Positions 49,324 through 60,102 of a stretch of 64,000 nt of DNA are shown in pieces. The stretch spans positions 288,001 through 352,000 of the forward strand of contig CP122380.1 of assembly GCA_024650005.2 (NCBI GenBank), given 5' to 3'. The position numbers and the translations under genes are program-made. The notes beneath the pieces are model-generated. The model did not search any database. It had not been told where the DNA came from and was given only the letters and a program-made list of their open reading frames with translations. Source of the stretch: Candidatus Bathyarchaeum tardum. GTDB taxonomy: Archaea; Thermoproteota; Bathyarchaeia; Bathyarchaeales; Bathyarchaeaceae. Each line of letters opens with the position of its first letter. Position 1 is the first letter of the stretch.

Positions 49324-50112
49324 TTAGTTTATTGTTGTTAATGCTTTGATTGGGATAATGTTTGGGATTTTGTTGTAATAGTTTATTGCTACTTCAACTC
49401 CGTAGACAGATTGTATGTTTTCTGCAGTTAAAACACTGGTTGAGCTTCCTGCAGCGAAGATTTTTCCTGTTTTCATCATAACTATTTTTTCACAATAACG
49501 GGATGCGAGGTTCAAGTCATGAATTGCAACTACCACTGCGAGTTTTTGTTTTGCAACTAGTTCCCGTGACAGTTCCATTACTTCAAGTTGGTGCCGTATG
49601 TCCAGATTGCTTGTGGGCTCGTCTAACAGTAGAACTTTTGCCTCTTGGGCTAAGGACCGTGCTAGGATTACCCGTTGTTGTTCGCCTCCGCTGAGTTCGT
49701 TAAAACTGCGCATTGCTAGCTGCTCAATTTTGAGTAACCCCAACACTTCCCATGTTTTTTGGATGTCTTTGTCGCTGCTTTGCCATCCGATGTGAGGGCG
49801 TCTGCCCATTAAGACTACTTCAAAAACTGTTAACGCTTGGGCACTGCTTGAACTCTGTGGAACATATCCTATATGTTTGGCAATTTCCATTCGACTCATT
49901 TTATGTACGTTTTCTCCATCAAGAAGGATGTTTCCGCCTTTGGGGGTGAGTATCTTGTTTATGCATTTTAGGAGAGTAGTTTTTCCTGAACCGTTGGGGC
50001 CGATTATTCCTAGGGTTTCTGACTCGTGGAGCTCCAAAGACACTTGGTCAAGGGATAATGCGCTGTTATATTTGAAGGAAACATCGTTTACTGTCAGTTT
50101 CATTTCTGTCAC
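49324..50112 (-). CDS. Fe-siderophore/cobalamin ABC transporter ATP-binding protein
   Basis: GPNGSGKTT, LSGGEQQR, LLLDEPT and HDLNLA motifs. Confidence 0.92.
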   Translation of the reverse strand: MTEMKLTVNDVSFKYNSALSLDQVSLELHESETLGIIGPNGSGKTTLLKCINKILTPKGGNILLDGENVHKMSRMEIAKHIGYVPQSSSSAQALTVFEVVLMGRRPHIGWQSSDKDIQKTWEVLGLLKIEQLAMRSFNELSGGEQQRVILARSLAQEAKVLLLDEPTSNLDIRHQLEVMELSRELVAKQKLAVVVAIHDLNLASRYCEKIVMMKTGKIFAAGSSTSVLTAENIQSVYGVEVAINYYNKIPNIIPIKALTTIN

Positions 50113-50173
50113 GCATATTTAGTATACAAACGAAAACTATAAGTGTTACCTTTCTGTGAATCAGTAATACGGT

Positions 50174-51613
50174 GTGAATAAAATGGATAACCGTGTTACC
50201 GTAACAATACTTCTTTCACTGTTAATTTTTAGTTCAGTACTAGTAATAGCTTACAGCTTAAACTGGTTCAGTGGAGAAACAGAAACCCCCGAAAATGAGA
50301 ATCCACAAAACCAGCAACCTGCAACAAGCTCGGACATGAAGTTAACTCTTGAAGTTTTTGGAAACGCCAACATGGATGACATAATTGATTCTAACGACGT
50401 AGCTTACTTGCAAGATATAATTGCAGGCAACGCCGATGTAACTCAGTTTGCAGACGCCAACGGTGATGGCGTTATCGACCAAACTGATATCGATCAAGTA
50501 AATGCAATCATAAGCGGGCAAGCTACCTACATTAACCTGTTAGATGGTAATGGTGAACTTTTGACGGTTTCCCTTCCCGTTAACCGCATAATAGTTGAAT
50601 ACCTCAGCAGTGTCGAACTAGTACGAATACTTGACCTCCAAGACAGTGTTGTTGGAATTGATTACGCAGTTGACCAACTCAAATCTTTCTACTTCCCCGA
50701 TAACAACGACATCGTATCTATAGGTCAAATGTACACCCCAGACTATGAAGCAGTTCTTGACCTAGACCCCGATGTAGTATTAACCTTCAGTGCATCAACA
50801 GCAGAAAAAGCAGAAAAACTCCCTGGAGTTGATGTAGTCTATCTGGGCTTGTATTATCCAAATGTAACTGCCCCCGAAGATTCAAGTTTTGTTCAAGGCA
50901 TACTAAAAGCTGGATACATCTTTGACCGGGTAACCGAATCAAGAGAATACGTTACATGGATTCTTAACTTGACTGATACCCTTAGTTCAGTGACGGGCAA
51001 TCTTGCAGAAAGCGAAAAACCTTCAGTTTTCATAACAAACTATCCTTACACTGAATCTGCAACCGTAAAAGCCTACGCAACCCATGACACCCTTGGTCAA
51101 GTTTGCATTCTCGCAGGAGGAGCAAACATTGGACAATCCATTTCTGGTTACTTTAATTCTTCCTCAGTTTCAGTTGATGCCGAATGGATAATCGAACAAA
51201 ACCCCGAATACATTTTCCTGCACACAGTTCGATACACCTACAGCGGAATAATGAGAGCCGACCCGGCTCATGGTTATAACGTTGATGACCCAACCAGCAT
51301 AATGACCTGTTTAACAGAATACCTGTCCCAACCTGCGTTTGCTAACTTGGACGCAGTAAAGAATGATAACGTCTACATAATGGCAGGAGACTTCCGAAAC
51401 AACGCAATGGGCGGAACCCTTGGCGCAGTTTACTTGGCAAAAATCTTGCACCCTGAAACATTTTCCGACTTAGATCCCGAAGCAATTCACCAAGAATACG
51501 TAACAAAATTCATGGGACTAGACTACAGCCTAGATGAACACGGAGTCTTTTTGTATCCTGCAATAAACATCAACGGAAATTTAATGGGAATTCCAAACAA
51601 CGTTGGAGAATAA
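50174..51613 (+). CDS. Fe/cobalamin ABC substrate-binding protein with dockerin-like repeat
   Basis: GNANMDDIIDSND...ADANGDGVIDQTD; PVNRII; DYEAVLDLDPD; VDAEWIIEQNP; AKILHPE. Confidence 0.85.
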   Translation: MNKMDNRVTVTILLSLLIFSSVLVIAYSLNWFSGETETPENENPQNQQPATSSDMKLTLEVFGNANMDDIIDSNDVAYLQDIIAGNADVTQFADANGDGVIDQTDIDQVNAIISGQATYINLLDGNGELLTVSLPVNRIIVEYLSSVELVRILDLQDSVVGIDYAVDQLKSFYFPDNNDIVSIGQMYTPDYEAVLDLDPDVVLTFSASTAEKAEKLPGVDVVYLGLYYPNVTAPEDSSFVQGILKAGYIFDRVTESREYVTWILNLTDTLSSVTGNLAESEKPSVFITNYPYTESATVKAYATHDTLGQVCILAGGANIGQSISGYFNSSSVSVDAEWIIEQNPEYIFLHTVRYTYSGIMRADPAHGYNVDDPTSIMTCLTEYLSQPAFANLDAVKNDNVYIMAGDFRNNAMGGTLGAVYLAKILHPETFSDLDPEAIHQEYVTKFMGLDYSLDEHGVFLYPAININGNLMGIPNNVGE

Positions 51614-51673
51614 ACTGATTCTCCTTTTTCTTTTTTCTTGAAAAAAATTACAAATTAACACTCGAAGGGTTGA

Positions 51674-52483
51674 TTGATGGCAGTAATTAATTGGGATGAA
51701 CTTTGGAAAACCAAACTCCTTAGCACTTACCGGATTAAACTTTGTCAAACAAGTTACTGGGACAAATGTGCAGTAAGTTTCAACCAAAAGACCATTCAAA
51801 TGCAAGACCTGACCAAAAGTCAACTAGATAGAATAAACCTGCGACCGGAATACACCGTGATTGACATCGGGGCAGGAACTGGACGATTAACTATTCCTTT
51901 GGCTAAACAAGTCAAACAGGTTACAGCAGTTGAGCCTTCGACAAGTATGCTTTCTTTGTTGAAGTCAAACGCTGAAAAAGCAAACATCCAAAATATAGTT
52001 CCACTTAACATTTCATGTGAACAAATAACAGTTAATGAAAACCTTTTTCCTCACGATGTTGTTGTCGCGTCGTTTTCGTTATTCATGAGCAACCTCTCAA
52101 AAACATTACAAAAACTAGACTCACTGGCAACAAAAAACGTATACCTGTTTTCTTCGGCATCTCGATGGATAAGTGAAGAACTGCAAAAAATTATCTCTGG
52201 AGAAACACTGCCTTTCACATGTGGCGATTATATTTACATCTATAACATTTTGCATGAACTTGGAATACTAGCAAATGTTGACGTTTGGAATTTTGAATCC
52301 AAACAATACTTTACTGACTTGAACGCCGCAGTAGCTCGTTTCATGGAAACTTACAGAATAGCAACGAACCATGAAGAAGACCTGAAGTCTTATCTTAGAA
52401 AAATACTGACAATCGAAAATGGAAACCTTTTGTTAAAGCAACAAAAGAAGGCCGCAGTTATATGGTGGACAAAAACAGAATAG
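51674..52483 (+). CDS. class I SAM-dependent methyltransferase
   Basis: VIDIGAGTGRL..VTAVEPS motif. Confidence 0.88.
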   Translation: MMAVINWDELWKTKLLSTYRIKLCQTSYWDKCAVSFNQKTIQMQDLTKSQLDRINLRPEYTVIDIGAGTGRLTIPLAKQVKQVTAVEPSTSMLSLLKSNAEKANIQNIVPLNISCEQITVNENLFPHDVVVASFSLFMSNLSKTLQKLDSLATKNVYLFSSASRWISEELQKIISGETLPFTCGDYIYIYNILHELGILANVDVWNFESKQYFTDLNAAVARFMETYRIATNHEEDLKSYLRKILTIENGNLLLKQQKKAAVIWWTKTE

Positions 52484-53556
52484 CAATATCTAATTCACCG
52501 GTTTCTGACGCGGAAACAGAAAAGAAAAAATACAAAAAACTTCTTGCTAAACGTGTTGGATTTTTGGTCGTTTGCATAATTTTATTATTCATCGTGGCTG
52601 GGGTTTCTCTTGCTTTGGGGTCTGCTTCTATATCTTTCACTGAAGCTTACTCTGCAGTTTTTAGCAGGCTTTTCCCTGACTGGCTAACTGTAAGCACATT
52701 AGCCGACACCGTTGTATGGCACCTAAGACTGCCTCGAATATTAGTAACAATTTTAGCTGGAGCAATATTTGCCATGTCTGGATCAACCACACAAGCCATA
52801 CTGCGAAATCCTCTTGCAACTCCATACACCTTGGGGGTTTCAGCAGGAGCTGGTTTAGGGGCATCTATTGGCATAATCTTGGGTCACGGCATATTGGGAA
52901 AACATTTAATGATTGTAGGCAACGCTTTCATTTTCTCCTTGATTCCTGCAGCAGTAATTCTATTGATGGTCAAACGCAGGGGGGCAGAACCAGCAACAAT
53001 AATTCTTTCTGGGGTAGCAATAATGTACATTTTTTCTGCAGGCAACACGTTACTTCAGTATTTTGGCGAAGCAAGCGCAGTTACAGAAGCAGTATTCTGG
53101 CTAGTAGGCGACCTTTCTCGCGCTGCATGGTGGCAACTCCCTTACTTACTCGTTGTATTTCTTGCGTGTTTTGCAATCAACATTAAACTGTCGTGGGATC
53201 TTAATCTTATGAAAATGGGAGATGACAGCGCAAAAAGCTTAGGTGTTGAAGTAAACCGTGTACGAAAAATAATATTAATTACTGCTTGTGTTTCTACTGC
53301 AACTGTAGTAAGCTTCACAGGAGCCATCGGTTTCGTAGGCCTACTTGCGCCCCATATCTGCCGAGCCATTATAGGTGCAGACGAAAGATTTCTAATCGTA
53401 GCATCAAGCCTTTTTGGAGCAAACCTGTTACTAGTTGCAGACTTAATCGCCCGAAGAATCATCGCACCCGTCATGTTGCCCGTAGGGGCTTTAACTGCGT
53501 TTCTGGGTGGACCTTTGCTGTTGTATTTGTTGCTAAAACGAAAAATGAACTTCTGA
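52462..53556 (+). CDS. FecCD/BtuC-family ABC permease
   Basis: LRLPR, QAILRNPLATPYTLGVSAGA and GAIGFVGLLAPH motifs. Confidence 0.92.
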   Translation: MVDKNRIAISNSPVSDAETEKKKYKKLLAKRVGFLVVCIILLFIVAGVSLALGSASISFTEAYSAVFSRLFPDWLTVSTLADTVVWHLRLPRILVTILAGAIFAMSGSTTQAILRNPLATPYTLGVSAGAGLGASIGIILGHGILGKHLMIVGNAFIFSLIPAAVILLMVKRRGAEPATIILSGVAIMYIFSAGNTLLQYFGEASAVTEAVFWLVGDLSRAAWWQLPYLLVVFLACFAINIKLSWDLNLMKMGDDSAKSLGVEVNRVRKIILITACVSTATVVSFTGAIGFVGLLAPHICRAIIGADERFLIVASSLFGANLLLVADLIARRIIAPVMLPVGALTAFLGGPLLLYLLLKRKMNF

Positions 53557-53596
53557 ATTTAATAACAGAAAATGTTCAGGTGGAGTTGAGACCCTT

Positions 53597-54064
53597 CTAT
53601 CTTACTTCAATGATAATGTTATCTAGTTTATTTTTAATCACAATGTCATCGACGATAATGCTGTAACGTGCATCCAAGATGTATGTGCCTGCCTCAATGG
53701 TTTCGTATTCATAAACTCGGGTTATTTTTTCGTTCGCTTTGAAAATTTGGTTAACTCCTACTGATATTTCACCGTGATTAGTGTTATCATTGACATTGTG
53801 AAAAATTACCCAAGGCTGTTCTCCGTTGGATAACATATCGACGTCTTTACCACTTTTATTAATTATTGTTGCGTTAAACGATATTTTTTCGCCCACATTA
53901 AAAACGGTTTTATTCAAATCTACCTCCAAAAGAAAATCTTTTTCGTTCAAAGGTGTTTCTTGACATAATATTAAAGCAGATATGATAGTAAAAATGACAA
54001 TGAAACAAGCCCCTGCAACTATTTTCATATGTGCCTTATGTTTCACCATTTTTCTGCACATCAC
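53597..54064 (-). CDS. hypothetical membrane-anchored Ig-like protein
   Basis: TM followed by NKTVFNVGEKI..ATIIN..GTY. Confidence 0.6.
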   Translation of the reverse strand: MMCRKMVKHKAHMKIVAGACFIVIFTIISALILCQETPLNEKDFLLEVDLNKTVFNVGEKISFNATIINKSGKDVDMLSNGEQPWVIFHNVNDNTNHGEISVGVNQIFKANEKITRVYEYETIEAGTYILDARYSIIVDDIVIKNKLDNIIIEVR

Positions 54065-54072
54065 TTGCCGTA

Positions 54073-54669
54073 TCAGCTTGTTAGTTTAATTCCGAGTGAC
54101 CCATTAAATGTGAGGCATCTAGCGTCAAAGTCATTGAATTCATTTTTAAGAAATTCTTTAATTTCGTTTTCTTTGGTTCTGTCATGCAGACCGATGTCTA
54201 ATCTGTTTGCGGTTTCATTTAAACCGATGAATTCAATACTAAATTCTTGCATGACTCCACCCAACGTTCTTTGAAGTTCATATAAGTGAGACAACGAAAA
54301 ATCACCAATGTCAAAAATTATTTCTTCATTGTTATCCATTATTTCTAGATAATCCTGTTTGGTTGTTATATTTGCCTTTTTAGTTAGAACGATGTGCAGG
54401 TTATCAGATTTGTCAACATAAGCTCCTGCATATTCTGGCGGATATGCAATTACTTCTTGTTCTCCGTATTCTGTCTGTATTAGAACCTTAGGAAAGGACG
54501 CCTTTAATTGCCCAAGAAGACAGCCATAATAAAGATTCCTATCAGTTTCTTTCAATGAATTTTGGATTTCTGTTTCTTCAGATGGAGTTAAAGACGGTAA
54601 AACTACTGTAAATACAATTGCGAAAACTAAAAGGACACCAATGGATACCAAACAAAGCTTTTTTTCCAT
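54073..54669 (-). CDS. hypothetical membrane-anchored protein (protease-propeptide-like)
   Basis: TM; YAGAYVD..LHIVLT..FSLSHL..GLNETANRLDI. Confidence 0.6.
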   Translation of the reverse strand: MEKKLCLVSIGVLLVFAIVFTVVLPSLTPSEETEIQNSLKETDRNLYYGCLLGQLKASFPKVLIQTEYGEQEVIAYPPEYAGAYVDKSDNLHIVLTKKANITTKQDYLEIMDNNEEIIFDIGDFSLSHLYELQRTLGGVMQEFSIEFIGLNETANRLDIGLHDRTKENEIKEFLKNEFNDFDARCLTFNGSLGIKLTS

Positions 54670-54948
54670 TTATTTTTCCTCATAAACTGTATCAATTAGC
54701 AAGAATTTATGTCTATAGTTTAGAACACCTGTTTTGAACATTAGAACAGATCATAATTTGTTCAATGCATACACAAACTGACTTTTGAAGCATTCTTCAG
54801 ATTTTCATTATTCCCATATTTATTGGTACGTTCAAGATTTCTGGTTGATTCAACAAAGTTCAGCGCAACTTCGTGTAAGGTAAAGAAAGTGTTTGATGTT
54901 AACCCTTTTTTAGGTGCTTTTTGCGTATTTAGATTGTGTTGATGTGTT

Positions 54949-55971
54949 ATGGGTTTCTTGCCGGGTAAGGTTCCAACTGATGTTTTGGAAAAAATTGTTT
55001 TTAAAAACCTAGGAGCCAAACGAAAAGACGTTATTCTTAGTCCGTCCCTTGGGGAAGACGCCGCCATAGTCAAAGCCGGAAACGCAGTTTTGGCAGTTTC
55101 ATCAGATCCTATAACTGGGGCTGAAAAATGGTTAGGGTGGCTGGCAGTTCATGTTAGCGCAAACGATGTTGCCACCCGTGGGGTTACCCCTTGCTGGTTT
55201 AATTCCATTATCATGTTGCCCCAAACCTCAACCAAAAAAACCATAGAAAACATTTGTACCCAAATGGACAAAGCCGCAAAACAACTAAACATTGCAATCA
55301 TCGGCGGACACTGCGAAATCACCCCCGGAATCGACCACCCCATAGTAACAGGATGCGTTATTGGAATAGCAGAAAACGGAAAATACGTCTCTTCTAGCGG
55401 AGCAAAAATTGGCGACAAAATCATATTAACCAAAGGAACAGGAATCGAGGGAACCGCAATCCTAGCATCTGACCGTAAACAAGAATTGTTAACGGTTTTT
55501 GATGAAAAATTCTTGGAATCTGCAGAAAATTTCTTTGAAAAAATCAGCGTAGTAAAAGATGCTTTAATTGCTTTCAAAACAGGAGCAGTTTCAGCAATGC
55601 ATGACCCAACAGAGGGAGGCGTTGCAGGGGGGTTACATGAATTAGCTGACGCAGCCAATGTTGGATTTAATGTCTTTGAGGAATCTATTTTGGTTCCTGA
55701 GCAAACTCAAAAAATCTGTATCCATTTTGGCGTTGACCCCATGCAACTGATTAGTTCAGGCGCCCTTCTTATCATAGCAAATCAAGACAAAGCCGAACAA
55801 ATAGTCAACAGCTTAGCAGAGAACGGAATTCAAGCTTCCATAATCGGCGAAGTAACTGAGGCAAAGTTTGGAAGAAACCTGATTGCTAAAACTGGAAAAA
55901 AAACTGAGCTAGTGCGACCCGCAAATGACCATCTTTGGAAGGCTCTTGCCAGACCATCTAGTTCAAAATAG
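54949..55971 (+). CDS. AIR synthase (PurM/HypE-like) family protein
   Basis: GEDAA, SSDPITGA, NDVATRG, GGHCE and AMHDPTEGG motifs. Confidence 0.88.
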   Translation: MGFLPGKVPTDVLEKIVFKNLGAKRKDVILSPSLGEDAAIVKAGNAVLAVSSDPITGAEKWLGWLAVHVSANDVATRGVTPCWFNSIIMLPQTSTKKTIENICTQMDKAAKQLNIAIIGGHCEITPGIDHPIVTGCVIGIAENGKYVSSSGAKIGDKIILTKGTGIEGTAILASDRKQELLTVFDEKFLESAENFFEKISVVKDALIAFKTGAVSAMHDPTEGGVAGGLHELADAANVGFNVFEESILVPEQTQKICIHFGVDPMQLISSGALLIIANQDKAEQIVNSLAENGIQASIIGEVTEAKFGRNLIAKTGKKTELVRPANDHLWKALARPSSSK

Positions 55972-55978
55972 ACAATTG

Positions 55979-57604
55979 TTAGAATTCGGGTTTTGTTTTT
56001 CCTAGTTTTTTGTCCAAGCATGCTTTGATGAAGCCGTAGTATTCAGGTTCGGGTTTTGTTGGTCTGCTTTTGAATTCGCCGTGGAACTGGGAAGCAAAGA
56101 AGAAAAAGTTGCCCGGCAGTTCTAGGATTTCTTTTCTTCGAGCATCAGGGCTATTTCCTGAAAATTTGAGTCCGTTCTCTTCTAATTTATTCCAATATTC
56201 GGGGTTGACTTCCCATCGGTGACGGTGACGCTCAAAAATTGTGTCTTTTCCATAAAGGGTGTATGCAATGGTGTCTTTAAGGACACGAACTTCGTGAGCT
56301 CCTAAGCGCATGGTTCCTCCTTTGTTGTTTACTGTTTTTTGTTCGGGCATTAAGTCGATAACTGGATGTGGAGTTTTGGGATTAATTTCTGTGCTGTTTG
56401 CACCTTTAAATCCACAAACGTTCCGTGCGAACTCGATAACTGCTAACTGGAATCCGTAACAGACCCCCAAAAAAGGTATGTTGTTTTCTCGGGCATACTG
56501 GATTCCTTTGATTTTTCCTTCTGTTCCCCGTGGACCAAAACCGTATGGAATGAAAATTCCATCGTGACCTTCAAGGATCTTCAGGTTTTCAGGGTTATTT
56601 TCTAGGCATTCTGCCTCAATATAGTCTACAGTAACTTTTGCTTGACACTTAGCCCCTGAGTGTCGGAATGCTTCGTTCATGCTAACGTAACTGTCTGTTA
56701 GACCAGCATATTTGCCGATTAACGCAATTTTTATTTCATGTTGGGGGTTTTCAAAGCAGTCTACAAACTGATTCCATTCTTTCCATTCCGGAGGATTTTT
56801 GGATATGCCCAAACGGTTGCAGATGTAATCACCCATTCCTTGATTGTCTAAAATCAATGGAACTTGGTAAATTGATGGAACATTATATGAACAAAACACA
56901 GCTTCTTTAGGGATTGTGCCAAACAACGCTACTTTTCTAACGGTATCATCATCAATCATTTTTCGGCATCGAGCCACTACTGTGTCTGGTTGGATACCAA
57001 TTCTGCGGAGCTCATTCACGCTGTGCTGTAAGGGTTTAGTTTTCATTTCCCCTGTTACATCAAGAATTGGAACAAGAGCAAGATGCACATACAACGTGTT
57101 TTCATACCCTTCTTCTAGGCGCATCTGACGGATAGCTTCCAGAAAAGGCAGCCCTTCAATGTCCCCTACTGTGCCGCCTAGTTCAGTTAATACAACATCT
57201 GCCTTTGATTTTTCAGCTACAATACGGGTTCGACGTTTAATTTCATCAGTTACATGGGGAATAATTTGTACGCATTTACCTAGGAAATCTCCCCGTCGTT
57301 CCCGGTCGATTACTGTTTGGTAAATTTGCCCAGTGGTAATGTTATTGTCTTTTGGCATGTTAGCGTCTAAAAATCGTTCGTAACCGCCAAGGTCTAGGTC
57401 AGTTTCGCCTCCGTCTTCGGTGACGAAGACTTCCCCGTGGATGTAAGGGTTCATAGTTCCAGCGTCAACGTTAACGTAAGGGTCAACTTTGATTACTGTA
57501 ACATTAATTCCTCTGACTTGAAGCATTTTGCCTATAGAAGAAGTTACAATGCCTTTACCAACAGAGGAAAGCACTCCACCTGTCACAAAAATATACTTAA
57601 CCAT
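55979..57604 (-). CDS. pyrG: CTP synthase
   Basis: KYIFVTGGVLSSVGKG, DPYVNVDAGTM, KTKPLQHSV, GVCYG and ERHRHR motifs. Confidence 0.97.
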   Translation of the reverse strand: MVKYIFVTGGVLSSVGKGIVTSSIGKMLQVRGINVTVIKVDPYVNVDAGTMNPYIHGEVFVTEDGGETDLDLGGYERFLDANMPKDNNITTGQIYQTVIDRERRGDFLGKCVQIIPHVTDEIKRRTRIVAEKSKADVVLTELGGTVGDIEGLPFLEAIRQMRLEEGYENTLYVHLALVPILDVTGEMKTKPLQHSVNELRRIGIQPDTVVARCRKMIDDDTVRKVALFGTIPKEAVFCSYNVPSIYQVPLILDNQGMGDYICNRLGISKNPPEWKEWNQFVDCFENPQHEIKIALIGKYAGLTDSYVSMNEAFRHSGAKCQAKVTVDYIEAECLENNPENLKILEGHDGIFIPYGFGPRGTEGKIKGIQYARENNIPFLGVCYGFQLAVIEFARNVCGFKGANSTEINPKTPHPVIDLMPEQKTVNNKGGTMRLGAHEVRVLKDTIAYTLYGKDTIFERHRHRWEVNPEYWNKLEENGLKFSGNSPDARRKEILELPGNFFFFASQFHGEFKSRPTKPEPEYYGFIKACLDKKLGKTKPEF

Positions 57605-57691
57605 TCAGTAAGCCTCACAATAATAAACCAGTAAACTATATTTGCCGTTAAAAATGCTTTCGACACGATAATGTATGCAAAATAAACTGCA

Positions 57692-58294
57692 CTATTTTGT
57701 GTTATTCATTTCTTCACTGTGTTTCAAAGTAGCTAACGCTAACTCACCCGCCTCTCTCATGGTTTTACCCACTGAAACAAAGCCATGATTCCGTAAAGCA
57801 ACCAAATTATTTTCACCTAACACCTTTAAAGCTTCTTTTGCCAATTTAATTGAGCCAAAATCTTGTTCATTTTCTGTCACGGGTACCCCTAGCTTGTTAG
57901 CGTTAATCAGAATCGATTTATTGTGGCCATGAAAAATTGCGTTCACATCTTTTCTTGTTTGATAAATCAGAAAATGCATCATAGCTTCAGATGACGGATT
58001 TCTTTTTCCCTTAACAAACATTTTGTTAGTTTCTTCTTCAAAATTTTTCACGTAAACAAAACATTCTCCGCAAAGATTCTCTTTCGTTTCTAACCCTGAA
58101 GCCGTAATCACAAACCCCCCTTTGAGCCGAAAACTTAGGTTACCTGTACATTTGCCTTCAAAATCAGGGGTCAAACCCATTTTTTGAAATGTTTCACACC
58201 ATTTGGCAAGTTCGTTAATTTGCTTATGGTCTGGGATTTTGTCAGAAACAAAAATTGTGTTAAATCGTATTCTGCCTTCAGGCATTAACATCAC
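57692..58294 (-). CDS. class II aldolase/adducin family protein
   Basis: GNLSFR, PSSEAMMH, IFHGH and LRNHG motifs. Confidence 0.88.
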   Translation of the reverse strand: MMLMPEGRIRFNTIFVSDKIPDHKQINELAKWCETFQKMGLTPDFEGKCTGNLSFRLKGGFVITASGLETKENLCGECFVYVKNFEEETNKMFVKGKRNPSSEAMMHFLIYQTRKDVNAIFHGHNKSILINANKLGVPVTENEQDFGSIKLAKEALKVLGENNLVALRNHGFVSVGKTMREAGELALATLKHSEEMNNTK

Positions 58295-58357
58295 AGCATC
58301 TTTCTGGTTTAACTTAACCTTGCAATATGCAATATAAAAAATGACTGAACATTATTG

Positions 58358-59431
58358 TCAAAGCCATTTCTTTTTTCTAAAATAAATCAGCATCACTGCG
58401 CTAACTGCAAACATTGCAACGTAAACCATTGGATACCCCCATGGGGAATCAAGTTCTGGCATGTATTTGAAGTTCATTCCATAAATTCCAGCGATAAGAG
58501 TCAACGGAATAAATATAGTTGCAATAATCGTTAACACTTTCATTACTTCGTTCATGCGGTTGCTTACACTTGAAAGGTAAATTTCCAACATTCCCGAGAG
58601 CACATCACGAAACGTTTCTAGCGCATCAATAACTTGAATTGTATGATCGTAAACGTCACGCAAGTAAATGTCGATCGACTTGTCAATTAACGAAGATTCC
58701 CACCGTTCTAGCCTGCTTATTACTTCCCTTAACGGCCAGACTGATTTGCGCAAAAAAATTAGTTCCCTTTTCAGTTGATGTATTGTCTGTAAAACTTCTG
58801 AAGTTGGATTCTTAAGTAGGTCATCTTCTATATCTTCGATTTTTTCTCCAATTTTTTCCAGAACCATGAAATAGTTGTCCACAATGGCATCCAACAACGA
58901 ATACAACAGATAATCGGCACCCATCTTGCGTATCCGCCCACGGTCTGTTCTGAGGCGATCGCGGATAAGGTCAAAAACGTCTCCTTCATCTTCTTGAAAA
59001 GACACAACATAGTTACAACCAAGAAGCAAACTGACCTGTTCCGTTCTTGTTTCATTGACCGCTTCGTCATACTGAAGCATTTTCAACACAACAAACAAAT
59101 AATCTTCAAAATCTTCCATTTTAGGACGCTGACCCGTATGCATGATGTCTTCTAAAACTAAGGGGTGTGTTTTAAGGTTCTTACCAATTTTTTCAATATT
59201 ACTGAGTTGATGAACACCACTTATGTTTATCCATGTTACAATTGGTTTATTTTTTAGTGGAAAACAATCATCAATTGTTTTTTCTTCATTTTCCTCAAAA
59301 TATTCTTCATGGTAGCGAATGCAACTAACCTTTACTGGGATGGTCTTCTTTTTTCCAACATAAACTGGAGTGCCGGGAGGAAGACCAGACTTTTTCGCTA
59401 ACTTCTTTATAAAACGGACCGTGTGCTCCAC
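58358..59431 (-). CDS. corA: magnesium/cobalt transporter CorA
   Basis: HPLVLEDI..QRPK, YLRDVYDH and IYGMNFKYMPEL motifs. Confidence 0.95.
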   Translation of the reverse strand: MEHTVRFIKKLAKKSGLPPGTPVYVGKKKTIPVKVSCIRYHEEYFEENEEKTIDDCFPLKNKPIVTWINISGVHQLSNIEKIGKNLKTHPLVLEDIMHTGQRPKMEDFEDYLFVVLKMLQYDEAVNETRTEQVSLLLGCNYVVSFQEDEGDVFDLIRDRLRTDRGRIRKMGADYLLYSLLDAIVDNYFMVLEKIGEKIEDIEDDLLKNPTSEVLQTIHQLKRELIFLRKSVWPLREVISRLERWESSLIDKSIDIYLRDVYDHTIQVIDALETFRDVLSGMLEIYLSSVSNRMNEVMKVLTIIATIFIPLTLIAGIYGMNFKYMPELDSPWGYPMVYVAMFAVSAVMLIYFRKKKWL

Positions 59432-60102
59432 CTAAGATTCCGTTTATTTATGATGTATTTATTACTTTTCAAAAATTGAAAAAGAGCACTGATTTACCTA
59501 AAAATCATGGTTTAATTTTCTAAACAAGATATTACTATACTAGTATGATTTAGAGTTTTGAGATTTTAATTCGTCCTTTAAGGATATTGATAACCTATTG
59601 GGTTCCCTTTTTCTATTTCTCATTTATAGTGTTTGTCCGGTCATATTAATTACGGTTTTTTTATCAAATAAATAGCATAACCTGAACCTTTACTGTAGCC
59701 TTTTGGGATATCTCTCCTTTTTGATTTGCTCAACAAAATCTAATGTTGGTTGATTCTGCGTAGCCGTCTTTTTTCATTTTCCATAATGTTTCAAAAATAC
59801 GCGTGGGTATGTGGAATGTGTCCAATGGTGCAGGGGACGGGATTCGGACAGTAATTTACTATTAAAATTCTTGTTTTCAGTTACTATAGATACATCGCCA
59901 AATTTTCCACAAACTTTATTTACGTTACAATTGCGATGTACATTAGTTAATAATGACATATTCTTACAAAAACATAATAACATTGAAATTGTTAACTCTT
60001 TTTGTAAAGTGATGGGGTTACATTATTCACTCATTGTGAAAAATATATATAGTAATATTACTATATTTTTTTATCAAAATTATCCTCTAGAGGTGAAAAA
60101 CA

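Noticed and set aside
54949-55971. HypE hydrogenase maturation factor for the Hox enzyme
   Set aside because: Lacks the C-terminal PR(I/V)C cysteine required in HypE; called a generic AIR-synthase family protein.
56070-56095. PyrG QFHGEF instead of the usual QFHPEF
   Set aside because: Catalytic Cys, His and Glu are all retained; minor variant.
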